Of a stretch of 64,000 nucleotides of DNA, positions 1 through 13,981 are shown in pieces. Made by a program: the position numbers and the translations under genes. The notes beneath the pieces were generated by a model. It did not search any database, was not told the origin of the DNA, and saw only the letters and a program-made list of their open reading frames with translations. The DNA is from Cellvibrionaceae bacterium (GTDB taxonomy: Bacteria; Pseudomonadota; Gammaproteobacteria; Pseudomonadales; Cellvibrionaceae), in the NCBI GenBank assembly GCA_050789445.1, contig JAILXR010000001.1, positions 37,009-101,008 on the forward strand, read 5' to 3'. Every line of letters starts with the position of its first letter. The first letter of the stretch is position 1.

Positions 1-1
1 T

Positions 2-799
2 CCTGGTGGTGAAATTGCCGGTGAAGTTATTGCGGTTGCTGATGACGTAAAAACAGTAGCCGTAGGTGATCGGGTTATTGCCATGTGCGGCTGGGGTGGT
101 TTTGCAGAAGAAATTGCAATCGATGCAGATCGAGTTATTCCTATTCCAAACGAGATGGATTATGTGACCGCGTCTGCTTTTATTTTGACATACGGCACGT
201 CTTATCATGCGTTAAAGCAACGAGCAAAAATTCAACCGGGTGAAACATTGTTAGTGCTTGGAGCAGCAGGCGGTGTCGGCTTAGCGGCTGTTGAGCTTGG
301 CAAAGCGATGGGTGCTAAAGTTATTGCAGCTGCAAGTACGGCCGAAAAATTACAAATAGCAAAAGATCATGGCGCGGATGAGTGTATTAATTATGCTGAG
401 CAAGATCTTAAAGATGCTGTAAAAGAATTAACGGGTGGCAAAGGTGTTGATGTCGTTTATGACCCTGTCGGCGCTGATTTATTTGAACCCGCAGTCCGAG
501 CAACGGGCTGGAATGGTCGAGTATTAGTCGTAGGTTTCGCTGGCGGATATATTCCTAAGTTACCTGTTAATTTAACGCTGCTAAAAGGTTGCTCTGTTGT
601 CGGCGTGTTTTGGGGGACATTCACTCGTAAGCAGCCAGAAGATTCTGCTCAGAATAATAAAGAGCTTATTGAAATGTTTTTAAATGGAAAAGTTAAGCCG
701 CATGTGTCAGAAACATTTCCTTTGGAAAAGGCTTGTGATGCATTAAATGTTCTTGCAAATAGACAAGCTAAAGGAAAGGTTGTTGTTACGACGGATTAG
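2..799 (+). CDS. qor: NADPH:quinone oxidoreductase / zinc-type alcohol dehydrogenase (MDR superfamily), 5'-truncated at the window edge
   Basis: The frame is open from nt 2 and translates PGGEIAGEVIAVADDVKTVAVGDRVIAM... upstream of the track ORF Met. It carries a Rossmann GAAGGVGLAAV NAD(P)-binding motif and a C-terminal KGKVVV typical of Qor-like MDR enzymes. Confidence 0.75.
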   Translation, partial: PGGEIAGEVIAVADDVKTVAVGDRVIAMCGWGGFAEEIAIDADRVIPIPNEMDYVTASAFILTYGTSYHALKQRAKIQPGETLLVLGAAGGVGLAAVELGKAMGAKVIAAASTAEKLQIAKDHGADECINYAEQDLKDAVKELTGGKGVDVVYDPVGADLFEPAVRATGWNGRVLVVGFAGGYIPKLPVNLTLLKGCSVVGVFWGTFTRKQPEDSAQNNKELIEMFLNGKVKPHVSETFPLEKACDALNVLANRQAKGKVVVTTD

Positions 800-897
800 G
801 CTTTGCTTTTATTAAACCGAATTGTGGTGCTAATCGAATTAAAGGCGTTAATTAAAAATAATTAATCAACAGTAATTTAAATGAAAGAGGGTATGTA

Positions 898-1362
898 ATG
901 CCTGTCGTAGCGAAAGAAAAACTACAAGATTATGTAGGAAAAGAAATTGGTGTTTCCGATTGGCTAACAATTACTCAAGAGAGAGTGAATAAATTTGCTG
1001 ACGTTACAGAAGATCATCAGTTTATTCATGTCGATCCTGAGCGAGCCAAAGAAACACAGTTTGGAGGACCGATTGCACATGGCTTTCTAACGCTATCTCT
1101 ATTGCCGCATTTTGGTGAGCAAGGTTGTGGCTTGGGGGTTGAGAATGTTGGAGTGAGAATTAATTATGGGCTGAACAAAGTGCGTTTTTTGGCGCCAGTA
1201 AAAGTTGGTTCGTCCATTAGAGCTCGATATAAATTTTTAGGTTATGAAGAAAAAAGACCTGGGCAAATTTTAATGTCTCACGAAGTGACAATTGAAATTC
1301 AAGGTGAAGAAAAGCCCGCCATGATTGCAGAATCGTTAGGCATGGCAGTTATTAATCAGTAA
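898..1362 (+). CDS. MaoC-like (R)-specific enoyl-CoA hydratase / hot-dog fold dehydratase
   Basis: 154 aa, with a MaoC-like hot-dog signature (HVDPERAK...[13 protein letters not shown]). A purine-rich RBS (aaagaggg) lies just upstream. The gene sits between the qor-like gene and the thiolase. Confidence 0.75.
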   Translation: MPVVAKEKLQDYVGKEIGVSDWLTITQERVNKFADVTEDHQFIHVDPERAKETQFGGPIAHGFLTLSLLPHFGEQGCGLGVENVGVRINYGLNKVRFLAPVKVGSSIRARYKFLGYEEKRPGQILMSHEVTIEIQGEEKPAMIAESLGMAVINQ

Positions 1363-1400
1363 TTACATTTAATGAAAGGTTTGATGAAGAGGAACCAACT

Positions 1401-2582
1401 ATGAAAGAAGCAGTAATCGTATCAACAGCGCGAACACCTATTGGTAAAGCTTACCGTGGTGCTTTTAATAACACAGAATCAGCGATCTTGGGTGGTCATG
1501 CTGTTCAAGCTGCAGTGCAGCGCTCTGGGATCGATCCAGCTGAAGTGGAAGAAGTCGTATTTGGCGCTGCTCTTCAACAAGGTTGTCAGGGTGGTAACTT
1601 TGCTCGACGTGTAGCTTTAGTAGGTGGTTTGCCAGTAACAACAGCAGCGCAAAGCATGGATCGTCAGTGTTCATCAGGCTTAATGGCAATTGCTACAGCT
1701 GCGAAACAAGTGATCGTCGATGGGATGGATATTGTTGTTGGTGGTGGATTGGATTCAATTAGTCTTGTGCAAAATGACAAGATGAACGGCTATCGCATGC
1801 AAGATCCTCGCACCATGGAAATCAAGCCTGAAGTTTTCATGCCGATGATTGATACGGCTGAAACGGTTGCAAAACGATATAACGTTAATCGTGATGTACA
1901 AGATGAATATTCATTAGAAAGTCAGCGTCGCACTGCGGCTGCTCAAGAAGCCGGAAAGTTTGACGATGAAATCGTTCCAATTACGACAACTCAAGCGATT
2001 GTTGATAAAGAAACAAAAGAAGTTTCTTATAAAGAAGTAACGCTCTCTAAAGACGAAGGTAACCGCCCAAGCACGACACTCGAAGGGTTAAAGGGTTTAA
2101 ACCCAGTACGTGATGGGGGTGTAATTACGGCGGGTAACGCGAGCCAGCTTTCTGATGGCGCTTCTGCGTCAGTTATTATGGATGCGAAACTTGCTGAGCA
2201 ACGGAATATTGAGCCTCTTGGTATTTATCGCGGAATGGCTGTTGCGGGAACAGAACCAGATGAAATGGGAATTGGCCCTGTGTTTGCAGTGCCTAAATTG
2301 TTGAAGCGTAATGGCTTAACAATGGATGATATTGGCTTATGGGAATTAAACGAAGCGTTTGCGGTTCAAGTTTTATATTGCCGTGACACATTAGGTATTC
2401 CGCAAGAAAACTTAAATGTAAATGGCGGTGCGATTTCAGTTGGGCATCCATATGGCATGAGTGGCGCGCGTATGGTTGGTCACGCACTTATAGAAGGCAA
2501 GCGCCGTGGTGTTAAATATGTTGTTATCACTATGTGTGTTGGCGGCGGTATGGGTGCTGCAGGTTTGTTTGAAGTTGCTTAA
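1401..2582 (+). CDS. acetyl-CoA C-acyltransferase (thiolase II family)
   Basis: 393 aa. The active-site Cys is in NRQCSSGL. The C-terminal thiolase signatures [17 protein letters not shown] and [13 protein letters not shown] are present. An RBS gaagagga lies upstream. Confidence 0.9.
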   Translation: MKEAVIVSTARTPIGKAYRGAFNNTESAILGGHAVQAAVQRSGIDPAEVEEVVFGAALQQGCQGGNFARRVALVGGLPVTTAAQSMDRQCSSGLMAIATAAKQVIVDGMDIVVGGGLDSISLVQNDKMNGYRMQDPRTMEIKPEVFMPMIDTAETVAKRYNVNRDVQDEYSLESQRRTAAAQEAGKFDDEIVPITTTQAIVDKETKEVSYKEVTLSKDEGNRPSTTLEGLKGLNPVRDGGVITAGNASQLSDGASASVIMDAKLAEQRNIEPLGIYRGMAVAGTEPDEMGIGPVFAVPKLLKRNGLTMDDIGLWELNEAFAVQVLYCRDTLGIPQENLNVNGGAISVGHPYGMSGARMVGHALIEGKRRGVKYVVITMCVGGGMGAAGLFEVA

Positions 2583-2642
2583 TTCTCTAGTTTTTAATTG
2601 CATATTAATCGTGTGATCGCTTATTGAGTGGTGCAGATCGAA

Positions 2643-2682
2643 AATGGCCGATTAAAAATTATTTTTATCGGCCATTTTTTTA
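2643..2682 (+). terminator. rho-independent terminator after the thiolase gene
   Basis: Hairpin aatggccgat...atcggccatt followed by a T-run (ttttttt). Confidence 0.6.
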
Positions 2683-2709
2683 ACTTCCTAACGATGAGAA
2701 ATTTTTCTT

Positions 2710-3495
2710 ATGAAAATTCAAGGTAAAAATATTGTTATTACAGGCGGTGCTAGTGGCATCGGTCGAGGCTTAGTTAAGCGGTTTAAAGAAGAAGGTGCTG
2801 CAAATATTGTTATTGCTGATATTAATGCTGAAGAATTAAATGAATTCGCAGAAGAAATGGGTGCGACAGCTTGTTTGTGTGATGTCAGTAAAGAAAGTGA
2901 TATTCAGAATTTAATATCGACAGCTGAAAGTCAATTTGGACACATTGATTTATATTGTGGAAATGCGGGAATCATGTGCCCAGGTGGATTTGAAACATCA
3001 AATAAAGATTGGGAAAGAATGTGGGGTGTTAATGTTATGGCCCATGTTTATGCGGCGCGTCATGCGTTACCGAATATGGTGAAGCGTGGGGAAGGGTATT
3101 TTTTAATTACAGCTTCAGCAGCTGGTTTATTGTCTCAAGTGGGTTCTGCCACCTATTCTGTTACAAAACATGCCGCACTTTCATTAGCTGAATGGCTGAT
3201 GATTACTCATGGCGCTGAAGGTATTAAGGTTTCTGCGTTATGCCCTCAAGCTGTAGAGTCAAAAATGACAGCCAATAGTAATGGTGGTGTAGCGGGGCAA
3301 GATGGAATGCTTAAAGCTGAAGTCGTGGCAGATTGCGTGGTGAAATGTATCGATGAAGAAAAATTTATGGTTCTTCCACATCCTGAAGTAGAAAAGTATT
3401 TCTTAAATAAAGCTAAAGATTATCAGCGTTGGATTGGGGGGATGCAAAAGCTTCAAGAACAATTTGGTTTGCCTTCTGCATTTGGAAAAAAATAA
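2710..3495 (+). CDS. short-chain dehydrogenase/reductase (SDR) family oxidoreductase
   Basis: 261 aa. It has the TGGASGIGRG dinucleotide-binding motif and the YSVTKHA catalytic YxxxK. Confidence 0.85.
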   Translation: MKIQGKNIVITGGASGIGRGLVKRFKEEGAANIVIADINAEELNEFAEEMGATACLCDVSKESDIQNLISTAESQFGHIDLYCGNAGIMCPGGFETSNKDWERMWGVNVMAHVYAARHALPNMVKRGEGYFLITASAAGLLSQVGSATYSVTKHAALSLAEWLMITHGAEGIKVSALCPQAVESKMTANSNGGVAGQDGMLKAEVVADCVVKCIDEEKFMVLPHPEVEKYFLNKAKDYQRWIGGMQKLQEQFGLPSAFGKK

Positions 3496-3511
3496 TCGTG
3501 GTTTTATCAAA

Positions 3512-3541
3512 AAAATGCTGCCATAGGCGGCATTTTTTTTG
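3512..3541 (+). terminator. rho-independent terminator after the SDR gene
   Basis: aaaaaatgctgcc-ata-ggcggcatttttttt: a GC-rich stem with a 3' T-run. Confidence 0.65.
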
Positions 3542-3842
3542 ATAAAAAGAAAGCCAGGAAACTACTCAGGATTGCAAGTATCCTTTTTGCGTTCTGGCCG
3601 GCCGGTTTTACTGCTTGACTGCCCCTTGCCTTTGGTTGATCATTCAAATCTATCCTCAATAATTTTTTGTTGGGGAGGATAAAATAATAATAAATTGTTT
3701 TTCTTTATTTGTTTTTCTCAAAGTTTTCGCTTTATAGTTTTCAGGTATTCTTGATGCTAAATCTTATTCTGATTTGGCGAGTTTGCTTGTTTCATTGTTC
3801 TATGAAAGCAAAACGTAACAATATATGGAAGTGGGGTTTTAA

Positions 3843-6314
3843 ATGAGTTTTCATAATAAAAATTGTTTTAAAGTGGCTTCGTTTTTGGCGGCAGGTTTGT
3901 CTTTTCAGGCAGCTGCACAAATTGAAGAAATTGTAATTACATCAGAAAAAAGAGAGTCGAATGTTCAAGATACTCCCATCGCGGTGAGCGCCTTTTCTGG
4001 CGAAGCGTTAGAAACCGCAGGCATCGACGATGCGTTAGATATTCAGTTTTCTGTGCCAAATGTTGTGTTTTCGAAAGGTAATTTTACTGGCGCTAATATG
4101 GCAATTCGCGGCATCGGTAATTCAGCTGTTGGCGTTTCCTCTGATAGCGGTGCAGGTGTTCACGTTAATGGTGTTTACCTTAATTCACCAAGAATTTTTG
4201 AAACAGAATTTTTTGATGTGGAACGTGTGGAAATGTTGCGTGGGCCGCAAGGTACTTTGTATGGTCGAAACACAACAGCAGGTGTTGTGAATGTCATTAC
4301 GGCAAAACCTGATGATGAGTTTGGTGCCGATATTGGAATAACCTTAGGTAATTACGATACGGTCAAATTAAAAGGTATGGTTAATTTCCCGATAACAGAT
4401 GCTATTTCACAGCGTTTCGCCGCATTCTCTCTAAATAGAGATGGTTACATCGATAACATTTACACCGGTAATGATATTGATGACAGAGACATGTATGCCT
4501 TTAGAAGTACAACCGCGTTTACGTTTAGTGACACGCTTGATGCAACACTCATGCTTTCAAAGTTCAGAGAAGACGATAACCGAAGTCGTGTGAGTAAGCA
4601 GCAATGTACAACTGATCCCGATGGGGTTTTAGGTTGTCTTCCCGATAGTTTGGGTTTTGATGTGTGGAATGGTTCTGCCGGTGTAACTGCTGGCGTTAAC
4701 GATTTTATTTTAGGGCAGCCGCCAATTAATGCGCCTTTAATTCCGGTTGGAACAAACGAATATGCTAACTCAGTTAACCCTGCTGATTTTAGAAAGGTCA
4801 ATGCTGATTTTGATCCGCAATATTTTGTGGAAGAGACGATAGCCTCGTTAGAATTTAATTGGCAATTGGACGATTTAACGTTCACGTCTTTAACCGCATA
4901 CAGTAACGCTTATGTGAACTCCAAGACAGATTATGATTGGACTGTCCCAAGTGTGCCATTTAATTATCCTGTTGTTGGCTATTTCAATGGCGTAGAGCGT
5001 GTGAATGCAACCTTCGATTCGCCTACAGATGAGTCTTCTGATGACAGTGAGCAGTTCAGTCAAGAGTTTCGCGTAGTGTCTGAATCGGATGGAATGTTTA
5101 ATTACACGTTAGGTTTGTTTGCTATGCAATTCGAAGCAGATAATCACTACATTGTGTATTTCCCAGTTGGTTACCAATTTGGTCAATTTGCAGGTATTCC
5201 CGAGCACCAATCCGTTTTCGATAATCACAATAAGGGGTATAAAGTATCGACTTGGGCTTTATTTGGTGAGGGTTACTGGGATCTTTCTGATAGCACGAAG
5301 TTAACGGTTGGCCTTCGTTATACTGATGAAGCAAAGGAAATTCTTGGTCGGCAATATTATTTAACTTTTAAGGCGAGCACGACAGATCCATTCATTGAGC
5401 AAGAAGAGGATTGGCAAGAAGTTACTGGTAAAATTGGTCTAGATTGGAATGTCACTGATGATGTTATGCTGTATTCGACGTTGGCTCGAGGATACAAGGG
5501 CGGTGGTTTTAATCCGCCAGGAAATACTTCATTTCCAAGTTCTTTTGACCCTGAATATATTAATTCTTTAGAGTTGGGCGTTAAGAGCTCGCTTTTTGAA
5601 TCGCGCGTCCAAGCAAATTTAAGTGCTTTCTATTACGACTATGAAGGCTTACAAATTTCTAAAATTGTTTCTCAAACATCAATTAATGAAAACGTGGATG
5701 CAACGATTCAAGGTGTCGAAGCAGAATTTTTATTCGCTCCAAATGAAAGTTGGTTATTCGGTTTGAATTTGGCTTATCTTGATGCTGAGATTGGCGATGT
5801 ACAAACATTTGATCCAACGGATCCTGCTCAGACTGGAAGTGCACTGGGCGTGATTTCTATCTTTGGTGACAATTGTCTTCCTCCTCCTGCGACCGATCCA
5901 AACACCGGCTTCCCAACTTGTACGGGTGCAAATTCTGGTGTTGATATTGACTTAGAAGGCAATCAATTGCCAAATGCGCCAGAGTTTAGCGTCAATGCTA
6001 ATGTTGAATATACGCATGATTTTAGCTCGGGTTATTCTCTGTCTGGCCGTCTTCAGTATTACTGGCAGGATGAGTTCTACTCAAGAATATTTAACGCTAA
6101 GAAAGATGAGATCGATTCTTGGGGTGTCTTAGATGCTCAAATTACTTTGGCGAATCCAACAGGGCTTTGGTCTTTGCAGGCTTGGGTGAAAAACATCAAA
6201 AATGATGATTTTGTTACGGGGCATTACACGACAGACGCTACGTCAGGTTTGTTTACAAATGTGTTCGTGCTTGAGCCAAGAACTGCTGGTTTGACTCTAG
6301 ATTTTAGCTTTTAA
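3843..6314 (+). CDS. TonB-dependent outer-membrane receptor
   Basis: 823 aa. It has an N-terminal signal peptide and a TonB-box-like EEIVITS. Plug-domain motifs are present (NFTGANMAIRGIG, RVEMLRGPQGTLYGRN), followed by long beta-barrel-type repeats. It ends in the terminal aromatic LDFSF. Confidence 0.85.
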   Translation: MSFHNKNCFKVASFLAAGLSFQAAAQIEEIVITSEKRESNVQDTPIAVSAFSGEALETAGIDDALDIQFSVPNVVFSKGNFTGANMAIRGIGNSAVGVSSDSGAGVHVNGVYLNSPRIFETEFFDVERVEMLRGPQGTLYGRNTTAGVVNVITAKPDDEFGADIGITLGNYDTVKLKGMVNFPITDAISQRFAAFSLNRDGYIDNIYTGNDIDDRDMYAFRSTTAFTFSDTLDATLMLSKFREDDNRSRVSKQQCTTDPDGVLGCLPDSLGFDVWNGSAGVTAGVNDFILGQPPINAPLIPVGTNEYANSVNPADFRKVNADFDPQYFVEETIASLEFNWQLDDLTFTSLTAYSNAYVNSKTDYDWTVPSVPFNYPVVGYFNGVERVNATFDSPTDESSDDSEQFSQEFRVVSESDGMFNYTLGLFAMQFEADNHYIVYFPVGYQFGQFAGIPEHQSVFDNHNKGYKVSTWALFGEGYWDLSDSTKLTVGLRYTDEAKEILGRQYYLTFKASTTDPFIEQEEDWQEVTGKIGLDWNVTDDVMLYSTLARGYKGGGFNPPGNTSFPSSFDPEYINSLELGVKSSLFESRVQANLSAFYYDYEGLQISKIVSQTSINENVDATIQGVEAEFLFAPNESWLFGLNLAYLDAEIGDVQTFDPTDPAQTGSALGVISIFGDNCLPPPATDPNTGFPTCTGANSGVDIDLEGNQLPNAPEFSVNANVEYTHDFSSGYSLSGRLQYYWQDEFYSRIFNAKKDEIDSWGVLDAQITLANPTGLWSLQAWVKNIKNDDFVTGHYTTDATSGLFTNVFVLEPRTAGLTLDFSF

Positions 6315-6336
6315 AAATTAACTGATAAGTAAACAC

Positions 6337-6370
6337 AAAAAAGCCGAGGAATTTCTCGGCTTTTTTGTGT
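6337..6370 (+). terminator. rho-independent terminator after the TonB-receptor gene
   Basis: aaaaaagccgag-gaatttc-tcggctttttt. It overlaps the 5' end of track ORF 6367, which argues that the ORF's N-terminal extension is not real. Confidence 0.65.
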
Positions 6371-6480
6371 GTCGGAGGTCCTGTATTGAACTGCTTGTGC
6401 TCGCGCATATCTTAGGTGCTGTTTCTGGTGTAAGCTTTTCGTACATTGTTTTGGAAAATCATTTTTTGCAGATAAATTTT

Positions 6481-7290
6481 ATGGTTGATTTAGATAAAGA
6501 TACAGGTGGTAAGTCGCATCAGGTTGGAGAGGAAGAATTTGTTCTTCCCATAGATGATCATGTTGAAGAAGTTAAAGAAAATGGAGAGACAGTTCGCCGT
6601 CGTGGGATTTTTTTGCTTCCCAACTTGATAACGACAGCCGCTCTGTTTAGCGGTTTTTATGCAATCGTTGCAGGCATGCATGGTGATTTTGAGAATGCTG
6701 CAGTGGCTATTTTTGCGGCTATGGTTTTCGATGGCCTAGATGGCAGGGTAGCTAGGATGACCAATACCTCTAGTGCATTTGGAGTTGAGTACGATAGCTT
6801 GTCGGATATGGTGTCATTTGGTCTGGCTCCAGCCCTAGTCATGTTTAATTGGGCGCTAGTTCCTCTGGGTAAGTATGGGTGGGCTGCATCCTTTGCTTTT
6901 GCTGCGTGCGCCGCATTACGTTTGGCTAGGTTTAATACACAAGTAGGGATTATTGATAATCGTTTTTTTGTCGGCTTATCTAGTCCGGCAGCTGCCGCCG
7001 TTGTTGCAGGTACCGTTTGGGTGGGCTCAGAAATTGCTGTTGGCTTTGAGCTTTCAATCTTGTGTGGCTTTTTAACTCTTTGTGCAGGCTTATTAATGGT
7101 CTCGAATATTAAGTATCAAAGTTTTAAGGGGTTGGATTTAAAAGGAAGGGTTCCTTTTGTGGTTCTTCTTGTTGCTGTTCTAATTTTTGTGGTGGTGGCA
7201 AGTAATCCTTCAGTGATGCTTTTACTGTTGGCTGCCACTTATGCTGCTTCAGGTCCTGTGGCCTGGGTCTGGCGTTTGTTTAAGAAGTAG
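6481..7290 (+). CDS. pssA: CDP-diacylglycerol--serine O-phosphatidyltransferase (CDP-alcohol phosphatidyltransferase type)
   Basis: CDP-OH phosphatidyltransferase motif FDGLDGRVARMTNTSSAFGVEYDSLSDMVSFGLAP in a multi-TM protein. I trimmed the start to ATG 6481 (MVDLDKD...) because nts 6367-6480 overlap the upstream terminator. Confidence 0.7.
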   Translation: MVDLDKDTGGKSHQVGEEEFVLPIDDHVEEVKENGETVRRRGIFLLPNLITTAALFSGFYAIVAGMHGDFENAAVAIFAAMVFDGLDGRVARMTNTSSAFGVEYDSLSDMVSFGLAPALVMFNWALVPLGKYGWAASFAFAACAALRLARFNTQVGIIDNRFFVGLSSPAAAAVVAGTVWVGSEIAVGFELSILCGFLTLCAGLLMVSNIKYQSFKGLDLKGRVPFVVLLVAVLIFVVVASNPSVMLLLLAATYAASGPVAWVWRLFKK

Positions 7291-7381
7291 TCTGGTTGAG
7301 AAGCGTTTGAGCGTCGTTTTGGCTGATTTTTTTGTTCTAGGAATTAAATTTCTTATATTGTCATATTCTTGAAATTACTTG

Positions 7382-7409
7382 TTGCTAACGGAAGTTAGAT
7401 GCGTATAAT
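7382..7409 (+). promoter_or_regulatory. rRNA P1-like sigma70 promoter (TTGCTA-16 bp-TATAAT with a GCGC discriminator and an AT-rich UP-like region upstream)
   Basis: ttgctaacggaagttagatgcgTATAATgcgctcc closely parallels the E. coli rrnB P1 layout (TTGTCA-16-TATAAT-GCGCC). AT-rich sequence lies at 7340-7380. Confidence 0.5.
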
Positions 7410-7441
7410 GCGCTCCTCGGTTGAGGCATAGCCCCCAACTA

Positions 7442-7453
7442 GCTGTTTAACAA
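7442..7453 (+). promoter_or_regulatory. boxA-like antitermination element in the rRNA leader
   Basis: gctgtttaacaa against the boxA consensus GCTCTTTAACAA, with one mismatch. A second similar element, gttgtttaacaaaa, lies in the 16S-23S spacer at about 9535-9548. Confidence 0.45.
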
Positions 7454-7617
7454 AACGATCAAGCAAAGCGTGTGGGCGCTTGCAGGATAGGCTAAAGAAC
7501 GAAAGAACCTATCAAAGCAAGTGTCCTAAAATTTATTTTAAGTCAGTTGACTTTGAGCAAGAAATTAGAGGCTTTGATGTACTGTCTTCGGGCAGATAAA
7601 GCTTCGCAACTTTTCAA

Positions 7618-9148
<1,531 letters not shown>

Positions 9149-9245
9149 AACGATACTTTACCTGTTCTGTAAACGCTCACACGCATTGCTTGATCAATTT
9201 TCAATAACTTCTAATGAGGTTGTTGGAGATGGCCGTGTTCGCCAT

Positions 9246-9322
<77 letters not shown>

Positions 9323-9339
9323 ACTACTTGAGAAAATAC

Positions 9340-9415
9340 GGGGCTATAGCTCAGCTGGGAGAGCGCTTGGTTTGCATCCAAGAGGTCTGCGGTTCGATCC
9401 CGCATAGCTCCACCA
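9340..9415 (+). tRNA. tRNA-Ala (anticodon TGC) in the 16S-23S spacer
   Basis: ggggctatagctcagctgggagagcgcttggttTGCatccaag...ctccacca, with a G3:U70-type acceptor. Confidence 0.9.
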
Positions 9416-9811
9416 ATTTCTACTGTTCTGTACAGTCTTTAGAAATGAGAAATAAACTGTTTTATCATTGTTGTTCATGATGAAGACATTTTATTTCTGG
9501 TTTTTAATCAGTCATTACCCTTAGCGGTATTGAGTTGTTTAACAAAATGGCAAAGTTTTAAGTTGTAATACTGCTGATTAATGGCAAGTGTGCTTATCAC
9601 GAATCAGTGAGTAGGACGAAGGCATACTAGTGAAAGCTAGAATGTTGGATGACTGCGCACGATTCTAACAAGCACACCTGTCCGGTGAATCACAATCATG
9701 TTGCAAAAAAGAGATACCCGTTGTGATTATCAAAGCGACACAGAATAGCGTGTAGTGAGATATGAACGACACTATCATTTGTAATAAGTCGTACAGTCGT
9801 TTGAATTATAT

Positions 9812-12698
<2,887 letters not shown>

Positions 12699-12865
12699 AT
12701 AATTGAGATGATTGTATGACGATTGTGACGGACAGTGTGCTTGAATGACATTGCCATTGAGAAACAGTAGAACAACTTAAATCATTGCCAAATTTGTGTT
12801 GAGATTGAAAAGTCTCTATCAGATACGAAAGTACTGATACTAGCGATTGCTAGAGCAAACCAGTT

Positions 12866-12985
12866 TGCCTGACGACCATAGCGAGTTGGAACCACCTGAT
12901 CCCATCTCGAACTCAGAAGTGAAACGACTTAGCGCCGATGGTAGTGTGGGGTTTCCCCATGTGAGAGTAGGACATCGTCAGGCTT
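12866..12985 (+). rRNA. rrf: 5S ribosomal RNA
   Basis: tgcctgacgaccatagcgagttggaaccacctgatcccatctcgaactcagaagtgaaacg...ccatgtgagagtaggacatcgtcaggct matches the 5S pattern. Confidence 0.93.
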
Positions 12986-12993
12986 TAATACCA

Positions 12994-13030
12994 AAAACCC
13001 CGTGTAGATAAATCTGCACGGGGTTTTTTT
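12994..13030. terminator. bidirectional rho-independent terminator (end of the rrn operon; also 3' of the convergent response-regulator gene)
   Basis: aaaaaccccgtg-tagataaatc-tgcacggggttttttt has an A-run 5' and a T-run 3' of a perfect 9-bp GC-rich stem, so it can terminate on either strand. The minus-strand regulator gene stops at 13091. Confidence 0.7.
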
Positions 13031-13090
13031 ATGTGTGATGGATTTATAGGTTCTGCTGAGGCTGAGGAGAGCGGGAGAGTTTGATACACA

Positions 13091-13981
13091 TTAATGATTT
13101 AGAAGCTGTAGTGATGCCGACGCAGCTGAAGTCCGGTTCTCAACGCCTAATTTCTTATATACTTGCTCCAAATGTTTATTCACGGTTCTTGGGCTTAGCG
13201 ATAGAATTTGTGCGATGTCTTGATTGGATTTTCCTTTTGATAACCAAATTAAAACCTCTGCTTCTCTTCGCGTTACGTTAAATTCTTTTTGTAGTTTTTC
13301 TCTATTTTTCTCTTCGTTATCTTCAACTAATCTCAATAAAAACTCTCCTGGCGCAGTTTGTCTAAGATAGCGTATTTGAGTATTTTGCGGATCGTCTTTG
13401 AGTGTTAAATGACTATTTTTAATTGGATTTCTTTCTAACCACTTTCTTAGTTGATTTGATATTTTTTCTGTAATTGATGAAGAGTTTAATAGTTTTTTAG
13501 CAGCTTCAGTGGACCATAATATTTGTCCGTTAATGTCGGATGAAAAGGTTAATTGTCCAATTTCATTTAATGCGCTGCGAGCGCCTCTTGTTATTCTAGA
13601 GTTGCTCAGGTGTACGCGAATTCTGGCAAATAATTCATCTAGTTGGATTGGCTTGTTGATGTAATCTACTCCACCAGACTCGAGTCCTTCTACAACATGT
13701 TCTGTGTCACTTAGACCGGTCATGAATATGACTGGGATATCAGACAGCTCTGAATTCTTTTTAATTTTTTTACAGGTTTCAAAACCATTTAGATTAGGCA
13801 TTATTGCATCAAGGAGAATAATGTCCGGGATCATTTTTCCTGCAATTGATAAAGCTTGCACGCCATCCATCGCAATTAAGACAGTAAAACCTGCTTTCGT
13901 TAAGGCTGTGTTTAATATTCCCAAAGAATCTGGTGAGTCATCGGCAATTAAAACAATTCCGTGATTGTTGTTATCAATCAT
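13091..13981 (-). CDS. response regulator: N-terminal REC domain, ~100-aa insert, C-terminal LuxR/GerE-type HTH
   Basis: The REC domain reads LIADDSPDSL...DIILLDAIMP...K. The C-terminus is a LuxR HTH (REAEVLIWLSKGKSNQDIAQILSLSPRTVNKHLEQVYKKLGVENRTSA). The start codon overlaps the kinase stop (ATGA at 13974-13981), which suggests translational coupling. Confidence 0.85.
   Translation of the reverse strand: MIDNNNHGIVLIADDSPDSLGILNTALTKAGFTVLIAMDGVQALSIAGKMIPDIILLDAIMPNLNGFETCKKIKKNSELSDIPVIFMTGLSDTEHVVEGLESGGVDYINKPIQLDELFARIRVHLSNSRITRGARSALNEIGQLTFSSDINGQILWSTEAAKKLLNSSSITEKISNQLRKWLERNPIKNSHLTLKDDPQNTQIRYLRQTAPGEFLLRLVEDNEEKNREKLQKEFNVTRREAEVLIWLSKGKSNQDIAQILSLSPRTVNKHLEQVYKKLGVENRTSAASASLQLLNH

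Noticed and set aside
6367-6480. N-terminal 38-aa extension of pssA in the track ORF
   Set aside because: It overlaps the upstream intrinsic terminator hairpin. The conserved protein begins near Met 6481.
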